From NCBI GenBank assembly GCA_030141605.1, contig JAQGDQ010001007.1:6986-70985 (forward strand): a DNA stretch of 64,000 bases. The letters run 5' to 3'. The notes under the pieces were generated by a model. It was not told the origin of the DNA, did not search any database, and saw only the letters and a list, made by a program, of their open reading frames with translations. The position numbers and the translations under genes are program-made. Shown here in pieces: positions 60,801 to 64,000 of this stretch (positions are counted from its first letter, which is position 1; every line of letters starts with the position of its first letter). The stretch comes from Tubiluchus corallicola. Taxonomy: Eukaryota > Animalia > Priapulida.

Positions 60801-61019
60801 GTGCATACTTAATCAAAACAAACATTAGGCATTATCTTTACAATGATTATTGATAAACTTTTAAACTTACATTATCGATAAAACTAAGAACTATTAAGAA
60901 CTAACAACTACATTAAACTCACTAAGCATTAGAAACAAAAAGCACAAAACCATTGTGTATTAGTGACTTTTGTCCTTTACTGTTTAGTTAATGCTTGATA
61001 CGTTTTTACATGATTAATT

Positions 61020-64000
61020 TATATTTTTTGTGTAGGAAACTCCAAATGTAGCCATCTCGTCATGGTGTATTCTGCTGGTTAAATCATGGTTTGGTTCTTT
61101 ATCTTTTTAGTTTTGTATGAAACGATGTCTTTGAGCGACAAATTTATCTTGTGTTGTAGTAACTCACTTGCAGCCATCACATCTGAGGATTTCTGTGAAA
61201 CTTTGGTGACAAAAACTAAAACATGGTAATTTCTGCATACAAATCTGTAGATTGAAAACATTCACCAAAAACTAAAGCCTGGAGTGGGTACTATTTTAGT
61301 ACACTAGCAGCCCACCCGCTGGTGAGTTCTGGAATACATTCACAATAAGACAAAGCATGGTAAGTGCTGCATAAAAAGCTACAGAGTTGGTGAGTTCTGG
61401 GAAGCTCTGGTACTTTACTTTCTAGTCAATGTTTGATACATGTCTTCACGTCATTAATTTATATTTTTTCCAAATAGTAAACCCTAAATGCAGCAATCTC
61501 CTAATGGTGAGTTCTGGAATGGTTAAATCATGGCTTGGTTCTTTTTAGTTGGTATGAAATGATGTCTTTAAATGATTCATTTATCTTTCGTTATAGTAAC
61601 TCACTTGCAGCCATCACATCTGGTGAGTTATGGACTACATTCACAACAAGACAAAAGCATGGTAAGTGCTGCATAAAAAGCTACAGAGTTGGTGAGTTCT
61701 GGGATGAACTGGTACCTTACTTCTCAGTCAATGTTTGATACATTTCTTCACGTGATTAATTTATATTTTTTCCAAATAGCAAACCATAAATGCAGCCATC
61801 TCCAAATGGTGAGTTCTGGGATGGTTAAATCATGATTCGGTTCTTTCCTGTTTTTAGTTTGATATGAAATGATATCTTTGAAAGATAATTTATGTTTTAT
61901 TATGGATTTAGAACTGATTTGCAGCCACCCCACCTGTTGAGTTCTGGCAAGTTTTGGTAATAAAAACCAAATCACGTTAATTAATGCATACAAAGCTGTA
62001 GACTGAAAATATTCTGCCAAAACCAAAGAGACCTGTAGTGGAGAGTATTTCGACACACTTGGAGCCACCCATTTGGTAACTTCTGGGATGGTTAAATCAT
62101 GGTTTGGTTCTTTATCTTTTTAGTTTTGTATGAAACGATGTCTTTGAGCGACAAATTTATCTTGTGTTGTAGTAACTCACTTGCAGCCATCACATCTGAG
62201 GGTTTCTGTGAAACTTTGGTGACAAAAACTAAAACATGGTAATTTCTGCATACAAATCTGTAGATTGAAAACATTCACCAAAAACTAAAGCCTGGAGTGG
62301 GTACTATTTTAGTACACTAGCAGCCCACCCGCTGGTGAGTTCTGGAATACATTCACAATAAGACAAAGCATGGTAAGTGCTGCATAAAAAGCTACAGAGT
62401 TGGTGAGTTCTGGGAAGCTCTGGTACTTTACTTTCTAGTCAATGTTTGATACATGTCTTCACGTCATTAATTTATATTTTTTCCAAATAGTAAACCCTAA
62501 ATGCAGCAATCTCCTAATGGTGAGTTCTGGAATGGTTAAATCATGGCTTGGTTCTTTTTAGTTGGTATGAAATGATGTCTTTAAATGATTCATTTATCTT
62601 TCGTTATAGTAACTCACTTGCAGCCATCACATCTGGTGAGTTATGGACTACATTCAGAACAAGACAAAAGCATGGTAAGTGCTGCATAAAAATCTACAGA
62701 GTTGATGAATTCTGGGATGAACTGGTCCCTTACTTCTCAGTTAATGTTTGACACATGTCTTCACGCGATTAATTTATATTTTTTCCAAATAGTAAACCAA
62801 AAATGCAGCCATCTCCAAATGATGAGTTCTGGAATATTTAAATCATGGTTCGGTTCCATCCGGTTTTTTGTTTGATATGAAATGATATCTTTGAAAGATA
62901 ATTTATGTTTTATTATGGATTTAGAACTGATTTGCAGCCACCCCACCTGTTGAGTTCTGGCAAGTTTTGGTAATAAAAACCAAATCACACTAATTAATGC
63001 GTACAAAGCTGTAGACTGAAAATATTCTGCTAAAAACTAAGAGACCTGTAGTGGAGAGTATTTCGATACACTTGGAGCCACACATTTGGTAAGTTCTGAG
63101 ATTGTAAATCATGGTTTGGTTCTTTATCTTTTTAGTTTGGTATGAAATGATGTCTTTAAATGATTCATTTATCTTTCGTTATAGTAACTCACTTGCAGCA
63201 ATCACATCTGATGAGTTCTGGAATACATTCACAACAAGACAAAACATGGTAAGTGCTGCATAAAAAGCTACAGAGTTGGTGAGTTCTGGGATGAACTGGT
63301 ACCTTACTTCTCAGTCAATGTTTGATACATTTCTTCACGTGATTAATTTATATTTTTTCCAAATAGCAAACCATAAATGCAGCCATCTCCAAATGGTGAG
63401 TTCTGGGATGGTTAAATCATGATTCGGTTCTTTCCTGTTTTTAGATTGATATGAAATGATATCTTTGAAAGATAATTTATGTTTTATTATGGATTTAGAA
63501 CTGATTTGCAGCCACCCCACCTGTTGAGTTCTGGCAAGTTTTGGTAATAAAAACCAAATCACGTTAATTAATGCATACAAAGCTGTAGACTGAAAATATT
63601 CTGCCAAAACCTAAGAGAGCTGTAGTGGCAAGCATCTTGACACACTTGGAGCCACCCATTTGGTAAGTTCTGGGATGGTTAAATCATGGTTTAGTTTTTT
63701 TTAGTTGGTATGAAATGATGTCTTTAAATGATTCATTTATCTTTCATTATAGTAACTCACTTGCAGCCATCACATCTGATGAGTTCTGGAATACATTCAC
63801 AACAAGACAAAAACATGGTAAGTGCTGCACAAAAAGCTACAGAGTTGGTGAGTTCTGGGATGAACTGGTCCCTTACTTCTCAGTTAATGTTTGATACATA
63901 TTTACGTGATTAATTTGCATTTTTTCAGGTAGGAAACCCTAAATGTAGCCATCTCCTAATGGTGAGTTCTGGGATGGTTAAATCATGATTTGGTTCTTTC
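61020..64000. repeat. Complex satellite: 1013-bp higher-order unit built from diverged ~270-440-bp subunits, continuing past the window end
   Basis: 61079-62091 is nearly identical to 62092-63104. The next unit is 574 bp (63105-63678) because of an internal deletion. Subunits start with ttaaatcatg...ggttc at ~61079, 61523, 61824, 62092, 62536, 62837, 63105, 63411, 63679 and 63978. Confidence 0.92.

Noticed and set aside
61079-63913. Repeated 60-106-aa ORFs in the terminal satellite
   Set aside because: They recur only because the DNA is duplicated. No domain motifs, and start and length are inconsistent between copies.

Overview
AT-rich animal (invertebrate) genomic DNA with spliceosomal GT-AG introns; it is not prokaryotic. 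About 0.8-33.6 kb (+) holds the 3' part of one giant secreted-protein gene. I traced 34 exons by hand, all GT-AG with consistent phases, about 3,200 codons. Domain order: Pro/Gln/Tyr/Thr repeat array 1, three divergent FA58C/discoidin-like domains, repeat array 2, LDLa, 12 TSP1 interleaved with 5 TIL and VWC-like modules, VWC, C-terminal cystine knot, and a short tail with RKKR. This matches the C-terminal half of SCO-spondin, but with two long Tyr-rich low-complexity arrays inserted. The gene's 5' end is missing and is replaced by an indel-riddled inverted copy of its own repeat (fold-back at ~765), possibly an assembly artefact. A convergent 3-exon Ly6/quiver-like GPI-anchored gene lies at 37.4-41.0 kb (-). 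The rest holds a degenerate VWC-repeat gene fragment (52.2-53.4 kb, -), a decayed non-LTR retrotransposon (53.7-55.6 kb, +), several MITEs, SINEs and possible solo LTRs, microsatellites, and a complex ~1-kb satellite rich in splice-site-like cassettes (61-64 kb). All family assignments come from motifs recognised by eye; no database search was run.
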